Assembly: GCA_947457385.1 (NCBI GenBank)
Contig: CANGUX010000001.1
Coordinates: 17,940 to 81,939, forward strand
Length of the DNA: 64,000 bases
Reading direction: 5' to 3'
Source: Holosporales bacterium
GTDB taxonomy: Bacteria; Pseudomonadota; Alphaproteobacteria; Holosporales; Holosporaceae
Notes under the pieces: generated by a model
Database searches by the model: none
What the model was told of the DNA's origin: nothing
Seen by the model: only the letters and a program-made list of their open reading frames with translations
Translations under genes and position numbers: made by a program
Part shown: positions 1-9,607 of the stretch, piece by piece
Layout: the number at the start of each line of letters is the position of its first letter
Position numbering within the stretch: position 1 is the first letter of the stretch

Positions 1-228
1 TTTCCTTTAATGCATTCAGTTCTAATATAATTTTCCCCAATAAATTTTATTTCTTTATTTTTTGTATTTTTTGCTTCTTCTGCATTGGGTCCGGCAACGA
101 CAGCATTTTCTTCATTGAGAGCCCCCTGTAAAGATTTTTCTTGTTTATAGCCCAATGCACCAGTGCTTATCGCACCTGCCATGATCAAAGCAAAGCCTAT
201 TTGCTTTTTAAATATAACTTTTTCTCAT
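1..228 (-). CDS. hypothetical exported protein, N-terminal part only (gene continues past window start); start region looks frameshifted
   Basis: The minus-strand frame is open from base 1 to about 215 (..KKQIGFALIMAGAISTGALGYKQEKSLQG.., signal-peptide-like). The upstream ATG (228..226, MRKSYI*) is in another frame. It joins this frame if one A of the A5 run (219..223) is removed. An alternative in-frame ATG lies at 182. Confidence 0.25.
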
Positions 229-340
229 TTGTTTTTTATAGAAAAATTTTATCTTTTTTACACTTAAAATAAATATAAGTTCAATATTATTTATCTGCGA
301 TCATTAATCTATAATAATGCGCAATCTTTCCATTTTTACT

Positions 341-925
341 TTATTTTAAGATTTCCACATAAGAAATAACCTGACGCACGGCAAAGGATTCGGCATGTTC
401 TATTACGGCCTTCAGTTCTTCTTGGCTTCTGGCTGTTCCCAAGATATACACCACTTTGGCAACGACACAGATGTGATAATTCTGAGATGAGATACGCGTA
501 TCAAAAAACAGAGTCCCTTTGAGTTTTTGACTGATCCAAACATCATTAGAATAAGCAGAGACGCCTTGGTGTCCCACCTGAACATGATTTATGACTTTGC
601 GAACTTCTGGAATGTTTTGCACCAAACGCTGTGCTTTTTGTTTTGCTTCTTCTTTGGCCACCACGCCAACCAAAAGAACTGTGCCCTGATGCACCAAGCT
701 TTCAACTTGATGGGGCCCTTCTTGTGCACCCAAGGTTTTTGCAATTTTCAAATGGAGTATATTGTCTTTAAAAAATCCACTCACCCCCCGATCTTGAATG
801 GGACTGCTCACCAATGAGAAAGAATCACATCCACACAAAGTCAACAAGACCGTTCCCAATGCAATTGTTGCAAGGAAGAAATTGGATTTTGTTACGTTGT
901 TTTTATTTTTTATCCAACAAAGCAC
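341..925 (-). CDS. BON-domain lipoprotein (OsmY/DolP-like)
   Basis: 194-aa ORF with an N-terminal hydrophobic segment ending in the lipobox-like LTLCGC. Two BON-like repeats are visible (..VESLVHQGTVLLVGVV.. and ..ICVVAKVVYILGTARSQEE..). Confidence 0.65.
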   Translation of the reverse strand: MLCWIKNKNNVTKSNFFLATIALGTVLLTLCGCDSFSLVSSPIQDRGVSGFFKDNILHLKIAKTLGAQEGPHQVESLVHQGTVLLVGVVAKEEAKQKAQRLVQNIPEVRKVINHVQVGHQGVSAYSNDVWISQKLKGTLFFDTRISSQNYHICVVAKVVYILGTARSQEELKAVIEHAESFAVRQVISYVEILK

Positions 926-2246
926 ATTCTAACTCTTTTGCGCGTTGATAATAGGGATCTTCCCTGGACAAACGCTTTAATCCATCCTTAACACATCCTT
1001 TTGCTTTTTGAAAGTCTTCCATGGCAAAGGCCTGTTCGGCCATGCAAATTTTCATGCGCCCTAATTGGTTGTTTCGACCATAAGCAACGCTCAGCCAATA
1101 CCATAACTCCGCCGATTCCTCGCCTTCTATAGAGCACACGAGACGCTCTAATAAGGGGATCACATCGGACGCATTTTGATTTTCCAAGGCAATTTGGGCT
1201 TTTAACACCCCCATCAGCCCATCGAGAGGGCGATAGTGTAAAGCACGATTGATGGCCACAAGGGCTTCTTTTGTATTACCTGCTTCAAATAAAATTTGGG
1301 CTTTTAGCTCTTGGATGTAGGGGGAATCCCCGTATTGTTTTTGAAAGCTTGCTAAACGCTCAAGAGCTTGCCGCGCTTTTCCCAAACGAAATGCCACAAT
1401 GGCATGCCCGTACTTCTTGATGCCTTCTGGAACTTTAGCTTGTTCTACAGCTTCTTTGGCGTGCTCTAAGGGGGATGTAAAGGCAAGAAGCTTGATTTTC
1501 GTGCGATAGAATTGATCTTCAAGTCCTTTGGGCAGTTCCCCTGAATGGGCACGAACATGTGTTTTTGCCATATGAATACGATCTTTGATATAGGGATGCG
1601 TCCGCAAATAAAAAGGATAGTCCATGGATTCCATGCGCAATAATTTTTGCATAAAATCGGTAAAACAACGGTGGGGATAATTCAACTTTTCTAATGTTTT
1701 TAGAGCAAATCGGTCTGCAAAGCATTCATGATCACGAGAATGGCTCATTTGAAAAGCCGTCGCATTCAGATTTCCTAACGTCATCCCTGCCATAAAGGGG
1801 GCAGGACTGCCAGTGACCACCGATGCGAGCACGCCTAAAAGCAACGTAAGAAACCCCTGTGATGACGTGCGGCGCATTTCTTCAAGCCCTTGCAGCGCAT
1901 GATGTCCAATGACATGGCCCAACTCATGGTATAACACAGCTGCCACCTCCCCTGGTCCATCGGCAGCTAATATCAATCCACTAAAGACAAAAATAGAAGG
2001 CTCTTGTATGGCAAAAGCATTGAGTGCAGAATTCCCCACCACATAAAGTTTAACCCGTGGTGCATGGGGTAACGTTCTTAGGGCTGGGTTGAGAATAGAT
2101 CCTAAAAACGCCTGAACTTCACTGTCATTCAGTATGGCATTGTCTTTCATTTTTAAAGGAAATGTCCACGCAACAGATCCAAAAGCCATCATACAACACG
2201 TGGTCCAAAGCCTTTTTTTTGCCCCAAACACGCTTTTTTTCTTCAT
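903..2246 (-). CDS. M48-family zinc metalloprotease with C-terminal TPR repeats (BepA/YfgC-like)
   Basis: 447-aa ORF with a signal-like N-terminus and the HExxH motif in LYHELGHVIGHH. The C-terminal half is TPR-like. Confidence 0.8.
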   Translation of the reverse strand: MKKKSVFGAKKRLWTTCCMMAFGSVAWTFPLKMKDNAILNDSEVQAFLGSILNPALRTLPHAPRVKLYVVGNSALNAFAIQEPSIFVFSGLILAADGPGEVAAVLYHELGHVIGHHALQGLEEMRRTSSQGFLTLLLGVLASVVTGSPAPFMAGMTLGNLNATAFQMSHSRDHECFADRFALKTLEKLNYPHRCFTDFMQKLLRMESMDYPFYLRTHPYIKDRIHMAKTHVRAHSGELPKGLEDQFYRTKIKLLAFTSPLEHAKEAVEQAKVPEGIKKYGHAIVAFRLGKARQALERLASFQKQYGDSPYIQELKAQILFEAGNTKEALVAINRALHYRPLDGLMGVLKAQIALENQNASDVIPLLERLVCSIEGEESAELWYWLSVAYGRNNQLGRMKICMAEQAFAMEDFQKAKGCVKDGLKRLSREDPYYQRAKELECALLDKK

Positions 2247-2326
2247 CCTCTCACCTCATCTCTACGGGTTTGACCTCACCTAGAATATCTCTAAACTATA
2301 CCTAAGGCATCCTTGCCAAATAATGA

Positions 2327-3598
2327 GTGAATAAAACCTGGATTTATAAGAGGTTTAAAAAACATCATGCCCCTCAAACGTATACCCTCTATCTTCTCAA
2401 TTTTTGGGATCATTTTGATTCTGCACTGTATTCTTTTCTTGCGCCATGGTTGGGGGTGATTTTCTTTCCCACACAAGACATACTTCTGGCCAGTATGGGA
2501 ATCTATGGGGTGCTTTGGACATCCTCGCTTGTTGCAGCACCTGCCGGAGCTTTTATTTTTGGCCTATTGGCCAAGCGCTTTTCGCCCGAATATGCCTTAC
2601 GATGTTCGGCTTTGGGCGTGGGGATTTCTACCTTAGCCATTGCGTGTTTGCCTTCTTATTCTATGGCTTCTATGGCTTCTCCACTCTTGCTCATTTTTTT
2701 TCGTGGCCTTTTATCTCTTTGCGCAAAAGGGGATCATACCATCATACAAAGTTATGGCATGCAAGAAAAAACTTTTCCTCAGCGCATAAAGCATTCTATG
2801 AAAGTAGAAATTTTTACCCTATCCGGTCTTTTTTCCGCTTCTATGCTTAGTATGATTCTCGTGCAATTCTCACACATTCGGACATATCTTTGGCGTCTTC
2901 CCTTTTTTGTGGGGGGCGTAGCCATCTTGTTTCTTTTAAAACATCGCCGGAATCATCTACGTTCTTTATCTTTGCCTGATGCGCCTCCTTGTTCCACAGA
3001 GACTTCTTTTTCATGGAAATTGATTTTAGAATTTGCCTGTGTTTCTTCCTTAAGCTATGTGACTTATGCAACGGCATTTCAAGTGTTTAATGTTTTTATT
3101 CCCAAAGTCACCTCACTTTCTTTTGAAGGCATGCTATTTGGAAATACGTTTTGGTTGGGTTTAGACATGCTTTGCATCATAGGCATCGGACGTACGATTG
3201 AAACCATGCATCCGCTTAAGGTTATGCGGCCTGCAGCACTAGCCTTGGCCCTCACATCCATTCCTTTATTTTGGGGGCTAAAGCTATATCCTCATGTCGC
3301 TTATGTTTTTTTTCTGCGAGGGTGGATTGTGTTTTGTGGAGTTAGTTATGCTCTGCCTTTGATGGCATGGTTGTGCCACTTTAGCAAAGGATCTTCTTCT
3401 TATCTTCACATTGGATTAGGCACTGTATTAGGTACGCTTTTTTTGGGATATGGCACCCCCGTCATTAGCCTTTTTCTCTATCGCCAAAGCCAATGGGTTG
3501 GAGCTCCAGGGGTTCCTCTAACCGTGAGTGCTCTGTTAGCGCTTTTTGGGCAAGCTAGGCTATTGCAAAGAAAGAAAATTCATGATATATTGTCCTAG
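2327..3598 (+). CDS. MFS-type transporter (divergent)
   Basis: 423-aa polytopic membrane ORF with a GTG start. About 12 hydrophobic segments are visible. The MFS loop motif is degenerate (GLLAKRFSPE). Confidence 0.55.
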   Translation: MNKTWIYKRFKKHHAPQTYTLYLLNFWDHFDSALYSFLAPWLGVIFFPTQDILLASMGIYGVLWTSSLVAAPAGAFIFGLLAKRFSPEYALRCSALGVGISTLAIACLPSYSMASMASPLLLIFFRGLLSLCAKGDHTIIQSYGMQEKTFPQRIKHSMKVEIFTLSGLFSASMLSMILVQFSHIRTYLWRLPFFVGGVAILFLLKHRRNHLRSLSLPDAPPCSTETSFSWKLILEFACVSSLSYVTYATAFQVFNVFIPKVTSLSFEGMLFGNTFWLGLDMLCIIGIGRTIETMHPLKVMRPAALALALTSIPLFWGLKLYPHVAYVFFLRGWIVFCGVSYALPLMAWLCHFSKGSSSYLHIGLGTVLGTLFLGYGTPVISLFLYRQSQWVGAPGVPLTVSALLALFGQARLLQRKKIHDILS

Positions 3599-3720
3599 AT
3601 TAATATTTTGTTAAATTAAAAGAGAAAAATGATCTCCTTTCCTATCAAACAGCAAACCATTTGGCCTCTATCAAGATTGGAAAAAGCGATTAAAAAACAG
3701 ATGGCTTTAAACGAGAGGCT

Positions 3721-5025
3721 GTGATGTTTTGGGGTTTTTTTTCTGGAAAGAAGCATTCAGAACGCATGGGCAACGTTCTTTTTTCTTCTGGGCTTTTATG
3801 TGCTTTCTTTCTAGCGCCATCTCTCCAAGAAGAAGTCCTAGGACAAGAACAGCCTGTTTCCAATCTACCTTTTTTCTCTAGCCGCCCTACGATTGAAAGA
3901 ACCTTACGCATTCCATCCCATGGGTCACTTTTTTTGCTCTTAAAAAAAGAGGGCTTTTCTACCAAAACCATTGAAAAAATAAACCTGTTGGTCAAACCAA
4001 AATGGATTTATCCCGGTCAAACCATTCAAATTTCTTATGTCAATCAAGATCACATTGAAAAACTAACGATTCCTCTAAGCATTTATGCTTGTTTCACTCT
4101 TACACGTCAGCTTCAGGGAACGTATTCCAGTAAAAAGGAAACGCTTCCTGTAGAAAGTGTGTTGGTGCGCCTGCAAGGGACGATAACCCATAGCCTCTTT
4201 CAAGATTTGATAAAAAAGGGCATTTCCAACCATACAGCACTGGCTTTACTGAAGAGTTTGGTTTCTGTTGGTATTCAATGGAGAAAAGACTTGCAATCTG
4301 GCACTTTATTTTCAATTGTATACAAAGAAACGCGAAACACAAAGACAAAAGAATCTATGTTTCGTGGCATTTATTTAGCAAAATTCAAGAAAAAAAATGG
4401 AGAAATATTAACTGCGGTGCGATATTGTCCCCCTGGAACGGCCATAGAAAAATTTTATAACGATAGGGGCATGGTGTGTGCTGCGCATAACACCACTGAA
4501 TCCATGTTTTGTCGCCCTCTTGATGGGGGCAAACTTTCGTCTCATTTTGGTCCACGCATGCATCCTATTTTCCATCGATGTCATAATCACAAAGGCATTG
4601 ATTTTTCTGCGCCCAGTGGAACCCCTGTGCGAGCTTCCAGAGATGGAAAAATTGCAAAAATAGGATGGTTTGGGGGGTATGGTAAGTATATCCGTCTTGT
4701 ACACCAAGGGGATTATGACACTGCTTATGCCCATTTAAAAGCTTTTTCTCCTGGATTGTGTCCAGGAAAATATATTAAGAAGGGACAGATTATTGGTTAT
4801 GTTGGTTCTACTGGAAATGCCACTGGCGCGCATCTTCACTTTGAAATTCTTCACAAGAAAAAAGCCATTAATCCATTGAGGGGGCTCACACGAAACGCCT
4901 CTCCTAAGGTGGTAGCTCTAACAGAAAAGCAAAAAATCCATTTTCGAGCTTACATGCAATCTTTGCTTAAAATTTCTTATCCTTTCGATAGAGTCATTAA
5001 ACGGCCCATTTCTTATACTAAGTAG
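3721..5025 (+). CDS. M23-family (LytM-type) peptidase
   Basis: 434-aa ORF with a signal-like N-terminus. Motifs HKGIDFSAPSGTPVRA and GSTGNATGAHLHFEI are present. Confidence 0.85.
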   Translation: MMFWGFFSGKKHSERMGNVLFSSGLLCAFFLAPSLQEEVLGQEQPVSNLPFFSSRPTIERTLRIPSHGSLFLLLKKEGFSTKTIEKINLLVKPKWIYPGQTIQISYVNQDHIEKLTIPLSIYACFTLTRQLQGTYSSKKETLPVESVLVRLQGTITHSLFQDLIKKGISNHTALALLKSLVSVGIQWRKDLQSGTLFSIVYKETRNTKTKESMFRGIYLAKFKKKNGEILTAVRYCPPGTAIEKFYNDRGMVCAAHNTTESMFCRPLDGGKLSSHFGPRMHPIFHRCHNHKGIDFSAPSGTPVRASRDGKIAKIGWFGGYGKYIRLVHQGDYDTAYAHLKAFSPGLCPGKYIKKGQIIGYVGSTGNATGAHLHFEILHKKKAINPLRGLTRNASPKVVALTEKQKIHFRAYMQSLLKISYPFDRVIKRPISYTK

Positions 5026-5322
5026 TCGCTAATAATAAAAAATAAAAAGCATCCAGCATTACAAAACTTGGATCCGTTAGCCCTAAGAAAAGCCATAGAA
5101 ATAGGATCTAAAAAAACAGATTTTTTAATGGAATAGCCTCTTTAGAAGCTGAATGAAAGGTGATATAAATATGATCATAAAAAGGTAGAGATTCAGTTTG
5201 TCAGTTTGAGATTGAATCTAATGGCTGAAACTTACAATGAAAAACTAAATCATGCATTTTCAAAAGCAATCTATGAGCTGAGTCCTATTTTTCATGACTG
5301 CTTCTAAAAATCGCCAATCATC

Positions 5323-6531
5323 ATGGTATTCCAAATGAACAATTTTAACTTTTTTACCCTTACTTCCATTCAAACGGGTATTTATGTTTGCGTTTCCGCA
5401 ATGATGGTTGGACATATTTTACTGACTAAATTCGGACTGCATACAGCTCTCGTAAGTCTAGCAATAGGCTCTATGTTCTTGTGGATAAGTGCTCTAATAT
5501 TTGCGCGCATATCTTTTTTACGAAAAAAAGTATTAGTAGAGCTGCTATCAGACTATTTTGGCCAAAGAAACGCTGATATATTTTGCGCGTGGTTTGCCGG
5601 CACTCTACTGGTCTGGTTCGCAATTCATCTGGAGATGATTTCCAAAGGAGTGCATAATCTTTTTCCGCAAATTCCTGTTTTATTAGTAAATATTGTTTTT
5701 GGAGCACTTATTACATTCAATGTTTTAAGAGGCATCAAAGCCATTGGGAGATTTGCTGTATTTTCAATGCCATTTCTACTTTGTGGCATGATTTTTATTT
5801 GCATTCGATCTTATAGTCCAGACATCCATTTACAATTCCATGCGATTGCGCCTAAGGCGTATGATTATCTAGGAGCGATATCGTTTATCATCGCGGCCAG
5901 TATTGCTGGAGTCATTGATACGCCTACTTATTTTTGCGAGAGTAGGTCTCAAAGAGATTCTTATATGGCGGTAACTTTGGTTTATGTAATTATTTTACCT
6001 TTAATCACCATGATGGGAATATTTTTAGGTATATGCACAGGAGTCGATGATTTTGTTTTATCCATTATGAGTCTGGGCGGTAGCACATGGAAAATAATGA
6101 TGCTATTCTTTCTGATTATTGCAGGATGGACAACCAATAATGGCATCTTATATTCAGCTTCTCTTGCCCTTCCTAAGTCCAAATTATCATACAAAACGAG
6201 CCTGTTAGTCTTAGGATGCAGTGGCATAGGTTTTGTGTATCTAGGAAGAGTAGAGCCTTTTGTCCCAGGTGAGGGGGCTATAAGCATTATGATAGGAGCG
6301 ATTGAAGCAGGTCTGCTTGTGAGGTTCATTTTTACTAAATGTTTAGATATTTTGCCCAACAAAATAGAACAAAATAGGTATACCTTCATTATCCTATTGG
6401 GCTTTTACATAGGCTTTTTAAATGTACTTGGGGTCTTTAATATGGCAGAATCAAGGTTTTTAGCTGCTTTTTTAGTCACGGCAGTAGCAGCATTTTTATA
6501 TGAGGTAGGAAAAAAATGTATCACGAAATAA
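5323..6531 (+). CDS. NCS1-type (purine-cytosine/hydantoin permease-like) transporter, copy A
   Basis: 402-aa polytopic ORF with a ..GWFAIxLEM.. style motif. It is near-identical to 6863..8074 except for two divergent patches. Confidence 0.6.
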   Translation: MVFQMNNFNFFTLTSIQTGIYVCVSAMMVGHILLTKFGLHTALVSLAIGSMFLWISALIFARISFLRKKVLVELLSDYFGQRNADIFCAWFAGTLLVWFAIHLEMISKGVHNLFPQIPVLLVNIVFGALITFNVLRGIKAIGRFAVFSMPFLLCGMIFICIRSYSPDIHLQFHAIAPKAYDYLGAISFIIAASIAGVIDTPTYFCESRSQRDSYMAVTLVYVIILPLITMMGIFLGICTGVDDFVLSIMSLGGSTWKIMMLFFLIIAGWTTNNGILYSASLALPKSKLSYKTSLLVLGCSGIGFVYLGRVEPFVPGEGAISIMIGAIEAGLLVRFIFTKCLDILPNKIEQNRYTFIILLGFYIGFLNVLGVFNMAESRFLAAFLVTAVAAFLYEVGKKCITK

Positions 6532-6840
6532 ATAGAGATCATTTGAAAGCACTTTGTATTGGATGTAGTTTTTTAGGCACTTTGGATGACTTCTTTCAGG
6601 CTATTCAAGGCGTGATTCTTTCAAACCACAAAAGCTCAGCATTTTTGATAAAGGTGAAAAATGAATTTTTAGGTTTGCTTGATGATCGTGGTGCCAACAT
6701 CGCCCAGGCTCCTAATAGGATTGCGCTCTTGAGTAAAGATAGTCTATTGCCTATATTAAGCGATCAATGCAGTTATATGCATGACCTATAAAGGATCTGA
6801 TATATGGTATACAAAAAAAGGCTTATCATCGTTATTCATC
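6516..6840 (+). pseudogene. DUF917-family gene remnant (internal deletions)
   Basis: The first 21 aa (MYHEINRDHLKALCIGCSFLG) are identical to the ORF at 8059. The sequence then jumps to a segment matching the C-terminal third (KVKNEFLGL.DDRGA.IAQAP..LLSKDSLLPILSDQ). The 3' tail at 6791..6840 matches 9010..9060. Confidence 0.7.
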
Positions 6841-6862
6841 CTTTTAAAAATCCCCAACTACT

Positions 6863-8074
6863 ATGGTGTCCAAAATGAACAATTTTAACTTTTTTACCCT
6901 TACTTCCATTCAAACGGGTATTTATGTTTGCGTTTCCGCAATTATGGTTGGACATATTTTACTGACTAAATTTGGACTGCATACCGCCCTTGTAAGTCTA
7001 GCAATAGGCTCTATGTTCTTGTGGATAAGTGCTCTAATATTTGCGCGCATATCTTTTTTACGAAAAAAAGTATTGGTAGATCTTGTATCTGACTATTTTG
7101 GCAAAAGAGGAGCCCAAGTTTGTGGCGTTGCGTTTGCCGCTTCTCTACTGGGCTGGTTTGCAATTCAGCTGGAAATGATTTCCAAAGGGGTGCATAATCT
7201 TTTTCCACAAATTCCTGTTTTATTAGGAGATATTGTTTTTGGGGCGCTTATTACATTCAATGTTTTACGAGGCATCAAATCCATTGGGAGATTGGCTGAT
7301 TTTTCAATGCCATTTTTATTGTGTACTATGATTTTTATTTTCATTCGATCTTATAGTCCAGACATCCATTTGCAACTCCATGCGATTGCGCCTAAGGCGT
7401 ATGATTATCTAGGAGCGATATCGTTTATCATCGCAGCAAGTATTGGTGGAGTCATTGATACGCCTACTTATTTTTGCGAGAGTAGGTCTCAAAGAGATTC
7501 TTATATAGCGGTAACTTTGGTTTATGTCATTATTTTACCTTTAATCACCATGATGGGAATATTTTTAGGTATATGCACAGGAGTCGATGATTTTATTCTA
7601 TCCATTATGAGTCTGGGCGGTAGCACATGGAAAATGATGATGCTAATATTTCTGATTATTGCAGGATGGACAACCAATAATGGCAACTTATATTCCGCTT
7701 GTGTTGCACTTGGTCCTTGTTGCAAATCATTATACAAAACGCGCGTGTTATGCTTAGGATTCGCTGGTATAGGTCTTGCATATTTAGAAATAGTAGAGCA
7801 TTTTGTTGAAGGTGTGGGGGCTATGAGCATTATGATCGGGGCGCTCGGAGCAGGTCTGCTTGTGAGGTTCATCTCTACTCAATGTTTAGATATTTTGCCC
7901 AATAAAATAGAACAGAAAAGATATATATTCATGATCCTATTGGGCTCTTCCATAGGCTTTTTAAATGTACTTGGGGTCTTTAATCTAACAGAGTCAGGGT
8001 TTTTGGATGCTTTTTTGGTCACGGCAGTAGCAGCATTTTTATATGAGGTAGGAAAAAAATGTATCACGAAATAA
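6863..8074 (+). CDS. NCS1-type (purine-cytosine/hydantoin permease-like) transporter, copy B
   Basis: 403-aa paralogue of 5323..6531. Confidence 0.6.
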   Translation: MVSKMNNFNFFTLTSIQTGIYVCVSAIMVGHILLTKFGLHTALVSLAIGSMFLWISALIFARISFLRKKVLVDLVSDYFGKRGAQVCGVAFAASLLGWFAIQLEMISKGVHNLFPQIPVLLGDIVFGALITFNVLRGIKSIGRLADFSMPFLLCTMIFIFIRSYSPDIHLQLHAIAPKAYDYLGAISFIIAASIGGVIDTPTYFCESRSQRDSYIAVTLVYVIILPLITMMGIFLGICTGVDDFILSIMSLGGSTWKMMMLIFLIIAGWTTNNGNLYSACVALGPCCKSLYKTRVLCLGFAGIGLAYLEIVEHFVEGVGAMSIMIGALGAGLLVRFISTQCLDILPNKIEQKRYIFMILLGSSIGFLNVLGVFNLTESGFLDAFLVTAVAAFLYEVGKKCITK

Positions 8075-9075
8075 ATAGAGATCATTTGAAGGCACTGTGT
8101 ATAGGGTGTAGTTTTTTAGGCTCTGGTGGTGGAGGCGATGTCAATACACTTTATGAAATTGTGGATAAAGCATTGTATAACTATGGTCCTATTTCAATGA
8201 TGAATCCAAATGACTTAAAAGATGAAGATAAGGTGGCGGCCATTGAATTTGTTGGAGCTCCGCTTCCCATAGAGATGCGCCAATCTAACACTCAGGCCCG
8301 TATTAAACCCGCGTTGGATTTGGTGATGCAAGATTTAGGAATCAAGATTAACGCATTAATGCCAGTAGAAATAGGTGGATCAAATGCGCTTGTGCCCCTA
8401 TGTATCGCAGGCGAGCTCAACCTTCCTATAGTAGATTGTGACTTGCTTGGAAGAGCGTTACCAGAAATTACCATGATCAGCACTAATATTTTTGATAGAA
8501 TGCCAAGTAAAGCCTATATTTGTGATCCATCCACAGGACAAACCCAAATCATCACTTGCAAGTCTTATTCAGAATTAGAGACTCAAGCACGCGCCATTGC
8601 TTCATCTTACAGCAACTCCGCTGCCATACTCGTGCCAGTTGTGATGACGGGTATGGAAGTTAAGCAAATGGCGATTCATAGGACTATTTCGCAATCCATT
8701 CAAATTGGCCTACAAGATACTTTGGATGGCTTCTGTCAAGCTACTCAAGGCGTGATTCGTTGCACTGGAGCTATAACAGCATGGAATTATGCATTAAAAT
8801 CAGGTTTTTTAGTGGGTGAATTAATGCTTCAAACCCTAGAAGGTCAGCATTTTTGTATAAAGGTGAAAAATGAGTTTTTAGGTTTGTTTGATGATCGTGG
8901 TGCCACCATCGCCCAGGCTCCTGATATTATTACGCTCTTAAGTAAAGACAGTCTATTGCCTATATTAAGTGATCAATTGCAGATTGGAGATAAAGTCATA
9001 TGCATGACCTGTAAAGGACCTGATATATGGTATACAAAAAAAGGCTTATCATTGTTAGTCAATATTCGCGCATAG
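8059..9075 (+). CDS. DUF917-family protein
   Basis: 338-aa ORF with an N-terminal glycine-rich motif (LGSGGGGD) typical of DUF917. Its start overlaps the permease stop by 16 nt. Confidence 0.65.
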   Translation: MYHEINRDHLKALCIGCSFLGSGGGGDVNTLYEIVDKALYNYGPISMMNPNDLKDEDKVAAIEFVGAPLPIEMRQSNTQARIKPALDLVMQDLGIKINALMPVEIGGSNALVPLCIAGELNLPIVDCDLLGRALPEITMISTNIFDRMPSKAYICDPSTGQTQIITCKSYSELETQARAIASSYSNSAAILVPVVMTGMEVKQMAIHRTISQSIQIGLQDTLDGFCQATQGVIRCTGAITAWNYALKSGFLVGELMLQTLEGQHFCIKVKNEFLGLFDDRGATIAQAPDIITLLSKDSLLPILSDQLQIGDKVICMTCKGPDIWYTKKGLSLLVNIRA

Positions 9076-9186
9076 CATGACCATGCATGACACTAAAATT
9101 TAAATTGTTAAATTGCTTCCTTTTATTCGGTGTTGTTTCTGTCATAGGCCTCCAAAAGATCGGATGATGAGCACACTCCAACCCGT

Positions 9187-9607
9187 TTAACAGGAAACGT
9201 AAGGGGAAGGGACGCGATCAATGTCTTTTAGCGCTTCAATGGGGGCCCACTTAAACGCAACATGTTCTTCTTTCTGTAGAATGATATCCCCAGATTTCAG
9301 TTCTGGATATCGATCTTAAAAATAAGATTAATTTCATGGATATGACAGCAGACATGATAACCAGGAAAAGGATAGGCGTGTCAACCATGCCCAAAAATTA
9401 TTCTATGGTGGATTCAAATCCTGTTTCCTCTTTGATTTCGCGAATCAATGCCTGTTATGCAGATTCTTGAAACTGAATATGACCGCCTGGAAGGTCATAA
9501 AACGAAGCGTTTAATTCATAATAATGCTCAGGATGCGGTCTTCGGTCAATTGCACTTGCATCCTTCATGATACCTCTGCTGCAAATGTGGATTGTGTTTT
9601 CCTTCAT
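9187..9607 (-). pseudogene. NUDIX hydrolase pseudogene
   Basis: The minus strand reads ..LPGGHIQFQESA*QALIREIKEETGF.., a complete GX5EX7REUXEEXGU NUDIX box interrupted by an in-frame TAA. A further stop and a frameshift lie downstream. The C-terminal frame resumes (..EEHVAFKWAPIEALKDIDRVPSPYVSC*). Confidence 0.75.

Larger units (their letters stand above)
5300..9075. repeat. tandem duplication of a permease + DUF917 unit (period 1540 nt; upstream unit carries an internal deletion)
   Basis: Sequence from about 5300 recurs from about 6840. The ORF starts at 5323 and 6863 are exactly 1540 nt apart. Long stretches of DNA are identical (for example 5335.. versus 6875..). Confidence 0.85.

Noticed and set aside
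5480-5488. Perfect DnaA-box sequence TGTGGATAA (also at 7020..7028), and near-matches TTATCCACC around 46965 and 48530
   Set aside because: The perfect copies are inside the duplicated permease coding sequence. The near-matches are isolated inside a pseudogene. There is no cluster of boxes plus an AT-rich unwinding element, so there is no support for an origin.
5982-6389. 135-aa minus-strand ORF (and its paralogue at 7522..7872)
   Set aside because: They are antisense to the duplicated permease genes. They appear twice only because the DNA is duplicated.
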